Shown here in pieces: positions 1 to 7,224 of a DNA stretch of 54,333 bases. Each line of letters begins with the position of its first letter. The first letter of the stretch is position 1. Both the position numbers and the translations under genes were made by a program. Source of the DNA: a virus (taxonomy: Duplodnaviria; Caudoviricetes); IMG/VR virus record IMGVR_UViG_3300028597_000016, positions 1 to 54,333 of that record; one strand, given 5' to 3'. The notes beneath the pieces are model-generated. The model was not told the origin of the DNA, did no database searches, and saw nothing but the letters and a program-made list of their open reading frames with translations.

Positions 1-72
1 GCTCCGCCCCGGTCTCACGCTCACCCCCATCCCCCCGACCTACCACTGAGCCACCAACGACTGATCGCTGAA

Positions 73-144
73 CAGCCGTGCACTCCCGTCGTCGTGCTGC
101 CCCTCGACAGATGCGTACGACGACGGCGTGAGCATTACTGCGCA
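73..144 (+). ncRNA. Divergent copy of early-arm hairpin family (CAGCCGTGCACTCC-stem-TGAGCATTACTG)
   Basis: Stem CCGTCGTCGT/ACGACGACGG flanked by segments resembling those at 1896 and 4739. Confidence 0.4.
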
Positions 145-188
145 GTTGACCCCTACAACCATCGCCCTCAAATCCCCGAGGAGGAGCC

Positions 189-458
189 ATGTACTACCGC
201 GCGCCCGTAACCCTCACCAAGGACGACTGGGAGCCCCTGTGGTACCTCACGCCCGCCGGAGAGGCCGTCAAGGTCATGGGCACCTTCGCGATCACCCGGG
301 TGGACGCAACTCACCCGTACCACACCTACTCGTGGTGCCGGGTGAGCCAGCGCTCCATCCCGACCAACGCCACCTGGCTGAAGCCCAATACCCGCGTCTT
401 CCTGTCCGACAAGCGGCTCTACTCCCGAGACCCCAAGGAGCGCACCTACCATGGCTGA
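189..458 (+). CDS. Hypothetical phage protein
   Basis: GAGGAG RBS, ATG, overlaps next gene. Confidence 0.75.
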   Translation: MYYRAPVTLTKDDWEPLWYLTPAGEAVKVMGTFAITRVDATHPYHTYSWCRVSQRSIPTNATWLKPNTRVFLSDKRLYSRDPKERTYHG

Positions 459-957
459 CCCCACTCCGACCCTGACCACGCTCCGCACGCTGGTCAACGC
501 CTGGAACACCGACGACTTGGCCGTACTGGACTCGCCCCGGCTGATGGACGCCATGGTCGAGGCGTTCGAAGCCTTGGACGAGCACCTGGCCCGTGGTGGC
601 GAACTGCCCGACCAGTGGCAGGAAGCGCAAGAGGAAGCCACCCGGCGCGCCCAGCCCTCGGTCATCGGATCGGCGTACGTGCTGAACAGCCCACCGTCGG
701 ACACCAACCGCATCCCGGTCCGGACCTACCGCGACGCCGGGCTGTTCACCGAGGACTACACATACCACCGCATTCTTAGCTGTCGGAACCACCCCCACCT
801 GCGGTGGAGCACCAAGAACCCCTACACGCGCTCGGTCTTCCCCTTCCCGACGAACATGCAGACCCTGGCGGACGTCGACGAGTGCACGTGCCCCCTCGAC
901 GACGCCACGGTCATCAGGGATGCCCACTGGCCCGGACCACCGGCCACCACCCACTAG
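451..957 (+). CDS. Hypothetical protein with N-terminal 'LDExLxxGGxLPxxW' domain
   Basis: Coupled ORF; motif shared with 1004..1300. Confidence 0.75.
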   Translation: MADPTPTLTTLRTLVNAWNTDDLAVLDSPRLMDAMVEAFEALDEHLARGGELPDQWQEAQEEATRRAQPSVIGSAYVLNSPPSDTNRIPVRTYRDAGLFTEDYTYHRILSCRNHPHLRWSTKNPYTRSVFPFPTNMQTLADVDECTCPLDDATVIRDAHWPGPPATTH

Positions 958-1003
958 CCCCTTCCCGGCCCTGAGTAGGCCACAGCAGAGAGAGAACCCA
1001 GCC

Positions 1004-1300
1004 ATGGACCCCAACGCCACACTCCAACGCATTCGCGAGCTACAGAACGACCTGAGCCACACGCGCAGCTACGAGAGCGCCGCCGGTCTCGCAGCCGAAC
1101 TCGCCGACGCCGTTCAGGATCTGGACGAATGGCTCAAAAAGGGCGGGTACCCGCCCCGCGACTGGGAGAAACCGGTGATCTCGGCCTACGAGACCGGAAC
1201 CAAGGCCGCGACCCAGCACGAGGCGTTCGACCGGGGCTACATCCTCGGGGCCAAGCACGAAGCCGAGCGCCGTGACCAGCAATTCAAGGACGTGCGATGA
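1004..1300 (+). CDS. Small actinophage-type protein (MDPNATL...LDEWLKKGGYPPRDW)
   Basis: ATG after GAGAACCC motif; paralogous motif to upstream gene. Confidence 0.75.
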   Translation: MDPNATLQRIRELQNDLSHTRSYESAAGLAAELADAVQDLDEWLKKGGYPPRDWEKPVISAYETGTKAATQHEAFDRGYILGAKHEAERRDQQFKDVR

Positions 1301-1461
1301 GGCGCCCGGCCTACGTACCGACCGGTGGGTTCACCCAAGCCACCCAGTACACCCGGGACTACCGCACCTGGCGTGTGGGCCGGTGGGAGGGGTACACCAC
1401 CGCAGTCGTCACCAACCTGGGCATGCCCTACGGGTATAGAACCCCCAAGCCAACCCCCTGA
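1297..1461 (+). CDS. 54-aa hypothetical protein (MRRPAYVPTGG...)
   Basis: ATGA overlap with previous stop; hand-translated, below ORF-track cutoff. Confidence 0.55.
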   Translation: MRRPAYVPTGGFTQATQYTRDYRTWRVGRWEGYTTAVVTNLGMPYGYRTPKPTP

Positions 1462-1473
1462 CCTGCCGAAACA

Positions 1474-1491
1474 CAAACGGTATACCGTTTG
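1474..1491. promoter_or_regulatory. Perfect 18-bp palindrome CAAACGGTATACCGTTTG, operator-like
   Basis: Exact inverted repeat, AT-rich, intergenic. Confidence 0.45.
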
Positions 1492-1514
1492 CCGCCCCTT
1501 CCTGAGGACACACC

Positions 1515-1712
1515 ATGGAATTCGTACTGCTTGCCACCGTGGCCGTCACCGCGATCACGGTCCTGATGTACCAGGCCATCCAGGTGTTCCGGGCCGACGC
1601 CGCCCGGCACCACCCGTGTAACTCGTTCACCGTTCGACGCACCGTGAGCTACGCCCCCTACGGCGGGCGTTCGTCCCACGGGTACCCGACCCGTGACCAG
1701 GGGGTGTGGTAG
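1515..1712 (+). CDS. Small membrane protein
   Basis: GAGGA RBS; N-terminal hydrophobic helix. Confidence 0.65.
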   Translation: MEFVLLATVAVTAITVLMYQAIQVFRADAARHHPCNSFTVRRTVSYAPYGGRSSHGYPTRDQGVW

Positions 1713-1713
1713 C

Positions 1714-1878
1714 GTGACCCGCGCCCAGTTGCCGCACCGTAACCCCACCCGATACGAACACACCTGCGCGAACCTCAAGGCGTTGGACGCCGCACACCAC
1801 ACGACCAGCAAATCCCCTCTCCACCACGACAACGCCTGCCCGCTGCACTCGCACATCTTGATCAGCCACCGGCACTGA
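1714..1878 (+). CDS. Small His/Cys-rich hypothetical protein
   Basis: GTG just after previous stop. Confidence 0.45.
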   Translation: MTRAQLPHRNPTRYEHTCANLKALDAAHHTTSKSPLHHDNACPLHSHILISHRH

Positions 1879-1895
1879 CCACCATCACCACCAAC

Positions 1896-2051
1896 GATCG
1901 GCCGCGCGCTCCTGTGCACACTCCCTCCTACCCACCCCCCGTGGCCCGGACGCCGGGTGTGGCGATGCACCAAGCCACGGGGTGGGGTGAAAACCCGCTC
2001 GCTGCCACAGGACGCGGCGAGGGAGTGTGCGCAGGCTGAGCCCTACCGCTC
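1896..2051 (+). ncRNA. Structured intergenic RNA, hairpin-family copy with multibranch insert
   Basis: 17-bp stem 1911-1927/2019-2035; flanks GATCGGCCGCGCGCTCC and GGCTGAGCnnTACCGCTC shared with 4739. Confidence 0.6.
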
Positions 2052-2077
2052 AATCCCCTTCCCAAAGGAGAACCCCC

Positions 2078-2500
2078 ATGACCACCACCGATCTGCTCAC
2101 CGCCGTGACCACCAACGGTGGGTTCACGTACTCCCCGACCAATGACCACCTCTACGAGGTGGGACGAGACAGTGGCTACGCCATCGCGATCCCCGGTACC
2201 GAGCACATCGTCGGGTCCGGAGACATCACGCGGGAGGAGTTCGCCACCGCTGTGGCCGACCTGCTGAGCGACCCCGTGGCCACCGTGCTGATCGCCAACG
2301 GCGTGGCGCTCGGCGGCTGGTACTCCCCGGAGCGCAACGTGTACATGGTGGAGCTGACCGAGATCGTCCACATCGATCGAACCAGGGCCGTCGAGATCGG
2401 CCGCTCCCGCAATCAGGAGGCCATCTTTGACATCGCCACCGGAGAAGAGATCCCCACCGGAGGCACGGGCGACGCCCGTCCCGCTGCCAGCGACTCCTGA
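2078..2500 (+). CDS. Conserved-type phage protein (GGFT...GGW...Q.AIFD), possibly SAM-lyase-like
   Basis: AAGGAGAACCC leader; motif pattern only. Confidence 0.7.
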   Translation: MTTTDLLTAVTTNGGFTYSPTNDHLYEVGRDSGYAIAIPGTEHIVGSGDITREEFATAVADLLSDPVATVLIANGVALGGWYSPERNVYMVELTEIVHIDRTRAVEIGRSRNQEAIFDIATGEEIPTGGTGDARPAASDS

Positions 2501-2608
2501 CCACACCCCCACCCGAGACGAGTTGCTCGAAGCAGCCCGCACGTTGTACGACCGGATCATGTGCAGGCGGATCGAGAACGACGAAACGACCCCTTCCCAG
2601 GAGTAGTC

Positions 2609-2917
2609 ATGTTGGATCACATGGTCCGTTCCACCACCCGTAACCAGGCCGTCGGCGTGCACTACACGGACGTTGACGTGCCGGTCGTGCACAAAGGCCG
2701 CCCGCGTAACCGCAAGTACGCCCACTACGTCGCGGCGCACCAGGAGCCCCTGAAGTACAAGTGCCCCCAGCGGGCGGACAAGCACGCGCACCCGGCACCG
2801 AAGCCGGTCGAGCAGCCCTGGCCCTGCGCGTGTGGTCACAGCTACGCCACGTTCCACGGCCTGATGTGGCACGTGACCGACCCGAGCCTGCCCCAGTCCG
2901 AGCACTACCCGCGCTGA
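2609..2917 (+). CDS. Hypothetical protein with C-terminal C2H-type zinc motif
   Basis: AGGAG RBS; CACGH...LMWH. Confidence 0.65.
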   Translation: MLDHMVRSTTRNQAVGVHYTDVDVPVVHKGRPRNRKYAHYVAAHQEPLKYKCPQRADKHAHPAPKPVEQPWPCACGHSYATFHGLMWHVTDPSLPQSEHYPR

Positions 2918-2927
2918 AGGAGCCGAC

Positions 2928-3269
2928 ATGCCCGAGCCCCGGAAGGGCTACCACCGCACGCTGGACGAGAACGGGCTGAGCGCACCGATGCACCTCGCGC
3001 TCGACGCCGTCCGCAAGGGGCACGTGTACGCCAGCATCAACTCCAAGGGTGTGGAGGTGTTCCCTCGCCGCTGGGTGAAGGTACTGGTGTTCGACACACA
3101 CGGGGACAAGATCCCGAACGTGCGCCGCCAATCCCTGGTCGCGCTGGAGAAGCGCGGGCTGGTCACGTTCGGCGCGGAATCCGGGCTGTACCCGGGGTTC
3201 CACGTGGTGCTGCCCGAGGACGGCTCGGACGACGAATGGATCAAGAACCTGCCCAAATCCGCCGACTGA
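2928..3269 (+). CDS. Hypothetical protein, possible winged-helix
   Basis: AAGGAG RBS; 'LVALEKRGLV' segment. Confidence 0.75.
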   Translation: MPEPRKGYHRTLDENGLSAPMHLALDAVRKGHVYASINSKGVEVFPRRWVKVLVFDTHGDKIPNVRRQSLVALEKRGLVTFGAESGLYPGFHVVLPEDGSDDEWIKNLPKSAD

Positions 3270-3282
3270 GAGAACCCCACCC

Positions 3283-3696
3283 ATGACCACAGCTACAGCA
3301 ACCTGCCCGGCGACGGCACCCGAGCAACGCCGACCCTGCCACAGCCACGAACCACAGCCCGGCCACACCCTGACCGTGACCGAGCACCGGGCGATGACTT
3401 ACGTCCGGCAGCGGCAGGTTCGTGCCGTGATCAGCAAGTGCGGACCGGACCGTGCGGTCGCCGCCACCGTCGACTACGTCGACATGCCGTACGTGCCGGG
3501 CTGCAACCTGCCCACCTGGGACACCTACAAGGCGCTGTACCAGGCGGGTGTGGTGATCCTGCGCCAGGACGATCCGCGATTCCCGTACGACTACATCGTG
3601 GAGCCACACCCCGGCCACCCGCTCAACCACTGCCACGACGAGGAGGGACCGTGCCCGAGAACAACAAACGAAGCTGGCTCGACATCAGCCCATTAG
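3283..3696 (+). CDS. Hypothetical protein
   Basis: ATG after GAGAACCC motif. Confidence 0.7.
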   Translation: MTTATATCPATAPEQRRPCHSHEPQPGHTLTVTEHRAMTYVRQRQVRAVISKCGPDRAVAATVDYVDMPYVPGCNLPTWDTYKALYQAGVVILRQDDPRFPYDYIVEPHPGHPLNHCHDEEGPCPRTTNEAGSTSAH

Positions 3697-3857
3697 CCGT
3701 CGCGATCCTGGCGGCGCCGTTCATCTTCATCGTGGCGGGCGTGCTGGCGCTGATCGCCTTCAACATGAGCCACGATGCCGAGTTCGCCGCCGCGTTCCTC
3801 GGCGTGGGTTCGGTTGTGGCCGGTGCCGCCCTGCTCTTCGGCATGTGGTCCACGTGA
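3651..3857 (+). CDS. Two-TM membrane protein
   Basis: AGGAGG RBS before GTG; two hydrophobic helices. Confidence 0.7.
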   Translation: MPENNKRSWLDISPLAVAILAAPFIFIVAGVLALIAFNMSHDAEFAAAFLGVGSVVAGAALLFGMWST

Positions 3858-4084
3858 CCGAGATGCCGTACGAGCCCTACCCGCGTGACCTGGCCAAGTC
3901 ACTCGCAGTGGTTGTGGCGGGGCAGATCAACCGCCTGATCCACCAGCGGGCCTGGGGACGCCTGACCGATGCCGAGTTCGAGACCGCGATGCAGTCCCTG
4001 ATCGAAGAGACGTTCGCCAACGGTTGGTTCATGCACATCAATTCCGTTCGAGAGAAAGAGAACCCAACAGATGTCACTGACTGA
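3854..4084 (+). CDS. Hypothetical protein
   Basis: GTGA overlap. Confidence 0.65.
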   Translation: MTEMPYEPYPRDLAKSLAVVVAGQINRLIHQRAWGRLTDAEFETAMQSLIEETFANGWFMHINSVREKENPTDVTD

Positions 4085-4448
4085 CCAGGACAAGGAAGCA
4101 CTACGGCTGCTCGAATCCGGCGACATGGCGGGGTTCGTGGCGCACGTGAAGGAGCGTGCCGACTACGACGCCAACGAGCAGGCCGAGTACAACGCCCGGC
4201 TGAACGCCGTGCTGGCGCAGAAGCGCGTCGAGGCACTCCGGCCGCTCGGTCCGATGCTCTACCCCGGCAACTACTTGGACGTCAACCTCCCGCTGATCGC
4301 CCAGGATCCGGTCCCGTACCTCACGGCGATCGTCGCCGCGCTGAAGACGGCGTTCGACGAGGGAGCCAAGGCGGTCGGGGCTGTGGTCGGCGGAGAGCTG
4401 AGCCGCATTCGTGCGGAGGCGCTGAAAGAGATGGACGGCAATGGCTGA
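4071..4448 (+). CDS. Hypothetical protein
   Basis: GAGAACCC motif upstream; GC3-rich codons. Confidence 0.75.
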   Translation: MSLTDQDKEALRLLESGDMAGFVAHVKERADYDANEQAEYNARLNAVLAQKRVEALRPLGPMLYPGNYLDVNLPLIAQDPVPYLTAIVAALKTAFDEGAKAVGAVVGGELSRIRAEALKEMDGNG

Positions 4449-4740
4449 GACCAAGGACGAGGCCATCAAGCGGCTGGCCAACCAAGCGATTGCTTCGTTC
4501 CTGTCCAACCGCCCGAAAGACATGGACGACGCCGCCGTGATCATCACGAACATCATCGGGGAGTCCATCGTCGGCGGGTACGACGCGGGCTACAGGGCCG
4601 GTCACTCCGACGGCTACGACGACGGTGTGGACTACGCATTCAGGCGCCTGAACGCCGAGAAGGAACGGGCAGCCAAGGCGTTCCCGAAGATGAACCCTGA
4701 GGACGCAGTCCGGAACGCCGGGCTCGGCAAGAACGACTGA
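4441..4740 (+). CDS. Hypothetical protein with GYxxG repeats
   Basis: Coupled ORF. Confidence 0.75.
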   Translation: MAETKDEAIKRLANQAIASFLSNRPKDMDDAAVIITNIIGESIVGGYDAGYRAGHSDGYDDGVDYAFRRLNAEKERAAKAFPKMNPEDAVRNAGLGKND

Positions 4741-4823
4741 TCGGCCGCGCGCTCCAACGCACACCGTAGGCACCCTGTTCGGCCTCTCCGGGGTGGGTGT
4801 GCGTTGGCTGAGCGTTACCGCTC
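4739..4823 (+). ncRNA. Structured intergenic RNA, hairpin-family copy
   Basis: 12-bp stem CCAACGCACACC/GGTGTGCGTTGG between conserved flanks. Confidence 0.6.
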
Positions 4824-4849
4824 GAACAGCCCCTACCCAAGGAGAACCC

Positions 4850-5239
4850 ATGGACAAGTACCAGATCAACCAGGCCGTCCAGTCGGCCAAGCAGTTCGCG
4901 TACTTCCAGGTCCTCAAGCACGTGGTGGAGTCGACCGATGCCGAGTTCCAGGGCTACGTCACCGCGCACGAGCTGGACTACAGCGAGCTGGCACAACTGG
5001 TCGCGCCGATGCTCAGCGACGCGTTCCACCACGCGTGGGACCTGGGCATCGACCTGGCCAAGACCATGTCGCCGGAGGTGCTGGCCCAGGTCAACACCGA
5101 CGACGAGGAGCCCGCCGCCAGCGAGCCCAACCCGCTGGAGCAGCTGGTCGCCGAGCTGGACAGGGCGGGTGTGGACGCGGACGTCTCCGTGCTCAACCTG
5201 GACGAAGACCTGTGCAAGCAGCTGGGCGTCGGCTGCTGA
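4850..5239 (+). CDS. Acidic hypothetical protein
   Basis: AAGGAGAACCCATG start. Confidence 0.8.
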   Translation: MDKYQINQAVQSAKQFAYFQVLKHVVESTDAEFQGYVTAHELDYSELAQLVAPMLSDAFHHAWDLGIDLAKTMSPEVLAQVNTDDEEPAASEPNPLEQLVAELDRAGVDADVSVLNLDEDLCKQLGVGC

Positions 5240-5457
5240 TGGCCTCGCCCGAGGAGGAGCGCAAGTACGAGGCTCGGGTCAACCTGTCCCTGACCATCGC
5301 GGAGATCGTAAAGCTGCTGGTCGTCGATGGTGACGACGAGGCTGTGGACGCGAAGCTCAAGGCGATGAGCAAAGGTCAGTTCGACGCGTACGTCTTCGTC
5401 ACTGGGATGTTGGTCGGAGCCTGGCGCAAGGTCGAAGCGGAGAGGACGCCGGGATGA
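5239..5457 (+). CDS. Hypothetical protein
   Basis: TGATG coupling. Confidence 0.7.
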   Translation: MASPEEERKYEARVNLSLTIAEIVKLLVVDGDDEAVDAKLKAMSKGQFDAYVFVTGMLVGAWRKVEAERTPG

Positions 5458-5675
5458 CCCCCGAAGAGAGGACGAGGTTCCGGGCGGACATCGCCGACAA
5501 GGCGGGTACCGTGCTGACTTCGGTCCTGGCCAATGACTCGGTAGAAGAGGCCCGCGTGCTGATCGCGGGTATGTATCCGGTCGAGCGGGGCGGCCTCGCG
5601 CTCGGCGTGGTGACCCTCACCAAACTGCTCGAAGAGCACTACGGCACCAGCCTCAGAGAAGCTATTCTGGGCTAG
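5454..5675 (+). CDS. Hypothetical protein
   Basis: ATGA coupling. Confidence 0.7.
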   Translation: MTPEERTRFRADIADKAGTVLTSVLANDSVEEARVLIAGMYPVERGGLALGVVTLTKLLEEHYGTSLREAILG

Positions 5676-5743
5676 CACACCCCCGTTGTGCATACGAAGA
5701 ATCACGGCCGGGGAGGTCACGCCCCGATCTCCCCGGCCACTTC

Positions 5744-5842
5744 GCCCCCTCTAGCTCAACGGGCAGAGCACCCGGCATATCGAATAGATGTTCGGTGTGG
5801 GGTTCAACCGGGAGATTGCGCGTTCAAGTCGCGCGGGGGGCA
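5744..5842 (+). tRNA. tRNA-like RNA 1: cloverleaf with anticodon loop replaced by a 32-nt insert
   Basis: Acceptor GCCCCCT/GGGGGGC-A, D arm GCTC/GAGC, stem CCCGG/CCGGG, T arm GCGCG-TTCAAGT-CGCGC; no CCA; no assignable anticodon. Confidence 0.75.
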
Positions 5843-5875
5843 CTGTCAAGAACTGCCACTGACCAAGGAGAACCC

Positions 5876-6580
5876 ATGGCTACCTCCTATGAGGTGCAAG
5901 TAGACAATCCACACGAATTCCTACGACAGCGGACACAGCGGTTCCACGACACCCACGTGGTCGAGCCGACGGTGAGCCTGGGAGTGAATCCAGAAACACA
6001 GGAGGTCGAGCGCACTCCCGTACCGACCTCTCTCCAGGAGCTGATCACCTCGGCGAACGAACAGGTGGACGAGGACGAAGAGCCGGAAGCCGAGTTGGAG
6101 CGTCACCTCGACCAACCTGTCCGAGACGTCCTGCCCGAACTGATCACCAACAACCGGCATCTCGACCGCAGTGAGATAGTCGGACTGCTCAGCGGGCTGG
6201 AGAACGCGCTCGACGGTACCGAGGATCGGGCTGTCATTGTGGCGACCGCGCAACTACTCATCGACTCGCGCCAACTGCAAGAGCGCAACTGGCACTACTC
6301 CGTGGGCCGGGAGCTGGCCGCGCTCTCCTACGTCACGGACAAGACGCCGGAGTACGTTGACGCGTCCACGTTCGACAACGACTTCATCACGCTGGCCGAC
6401 AACTGGGACGACTGGGCCACGGAGCACGCCGACGAGCGGATCCGCAACGAGGTCAGCATCCCGGGTGACCTTAACTACCACTACGAGTTCGACTACGAGA
6501 GCTACGCCAGCGATCTGCGCCAGGAGTATGACGTGGTCGACATTCTGGACAACTCCGACGTCCTGATCTTCTCCGCATGA
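5876..6580 (+). CDS. ardA: ArdA-like antirestriction (DNA-mimic) protein
   Basis: Very acidic; C-terminal 'IPGDLNYHYEFDYESYASDL' resembles the ArdA 'IP..L..YxDYExYxxDL' motif. Confidence 0.65.
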   Translation: MATSYEVQVDNPHEFLRQRTQRFHDTHVVEPTVSLGVNPETQEVERTPVPTSLQELITSANEQVDEDEEPEAELERHLDQPVRDVLPELITNNRHLDRSEIVGLLSGLENALDGTEDRAVIVATAQLLIDSRQLQERNWHYSVGRELAALSYVTDKTPEYVDASTFDNDFITLADNWDDWATEHADERIRNEVSIPGDLNYHYEFDYESYASDLRQEYDVVDILDNSDVLIFSA

Positions 6581-6583
6581 GGC

Positions 6584-6874
6584 GTGAGCATCGACCGGCG
6601 GGAGTTCCAACGGCTCTGTGAGCTGGCCAAGGCCAATGGCTGGCGGGTGGAACTCACGCAACACCAGAACGGGAAGCTGCGCAAGGTCGTCAAGGGTAGT
6701 CACGTGCACTCGGTGTTCTTCCCTCCCGACCCTGCGCAGCATCCGGTCCCTGTGGCCATCACCACCAGCCCGACCGCGCGCCGGAACGTCTACGCCGGAC
6801 TCCGTAGGGCAGGGTTGGAGCCCGATCCGTGCCGTCAACAACGACGCGCTGCCAAGCAGCGCAGACAGGAGTGA
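6584..6874 (+). CDS. HicA-like RNase/toxin (dsRBD fold)
   Basis: 'ANGWRV...KGSH..VFFPP...LRRAGL' pattern. Confidence 0.6.
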   Translation: MSIDRREFQRLCELAKANGWRVELTQHQNGKLRKVVKGSHVHSVFFPPDPAQHPVPVAITTSPTARRNVYAGLRRAGLEPDPCRQQRRAAKQRRQE

Positions 6875-6875
6875 C

Positions 6876-7049
6876 ATGAAGTGGCCCTTTAGGCGCAGTG
6901 GCGAAGGACTCGAACGGCTCAAGGCAGTGGAGCAGGAGATCGAAGAGAAGCGACGGAAACTGAATGAGAACAAGGGAAAAGGTCCGGAACGCACCCGCCC
7001 GATCGAACAAGAGATTGCCGACCTGAAGAAACGTCTAAAGGGCGAGTAG
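6876..7049 (+). CDS. Small charged coiled-coil protein
   Basis: AGGAG RBS; 57 aa. Confidence 0.65.
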   Translation: MKWPFRRSGEGLERLKAVEQEIEEKRRKLNENKGKGPERTRPIEQEIADLKKRLKGE

Positions 7050-7058
7050 CCCCCACTG

Positions 7059-7167
7059 GGAGATCCCGGGCACCAGGGAACGCTGTAGGGGGTCCCGCAG
7101 CGTGGTGAACGGCCGGGCGCGCTCTTGGGAAGGGGCACGCGGGGAGGTTCGACTCCTCCCATCTCCA
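7059..7167 (+). ncRNA. tRNA-like RNA 2 (D-armless, tmRNA-like ends)
   Basis: GGAGAT pairs with ATCTCC-A; T arm GGAGG-TTCGACT-CCTCC; long interrupted arm CCCGG/CCGGG, CACCA/TGGTG, CGCTG/CAGCG. Confidence 0.7.
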
Positions 7168-7224
7168 CGCCGCACGGCCCACCCGTGCAGCAGAGAACCC
7201 ACACCACAGAAAGGCACTGCCACC

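Noticed and set aside
5744-5842. Assigning an amino acid or anticodon to tRNA-like RNA 1
   Set aside because: No 7-nt loop or U33-anchored anticodon can be defined without assuming splice sites
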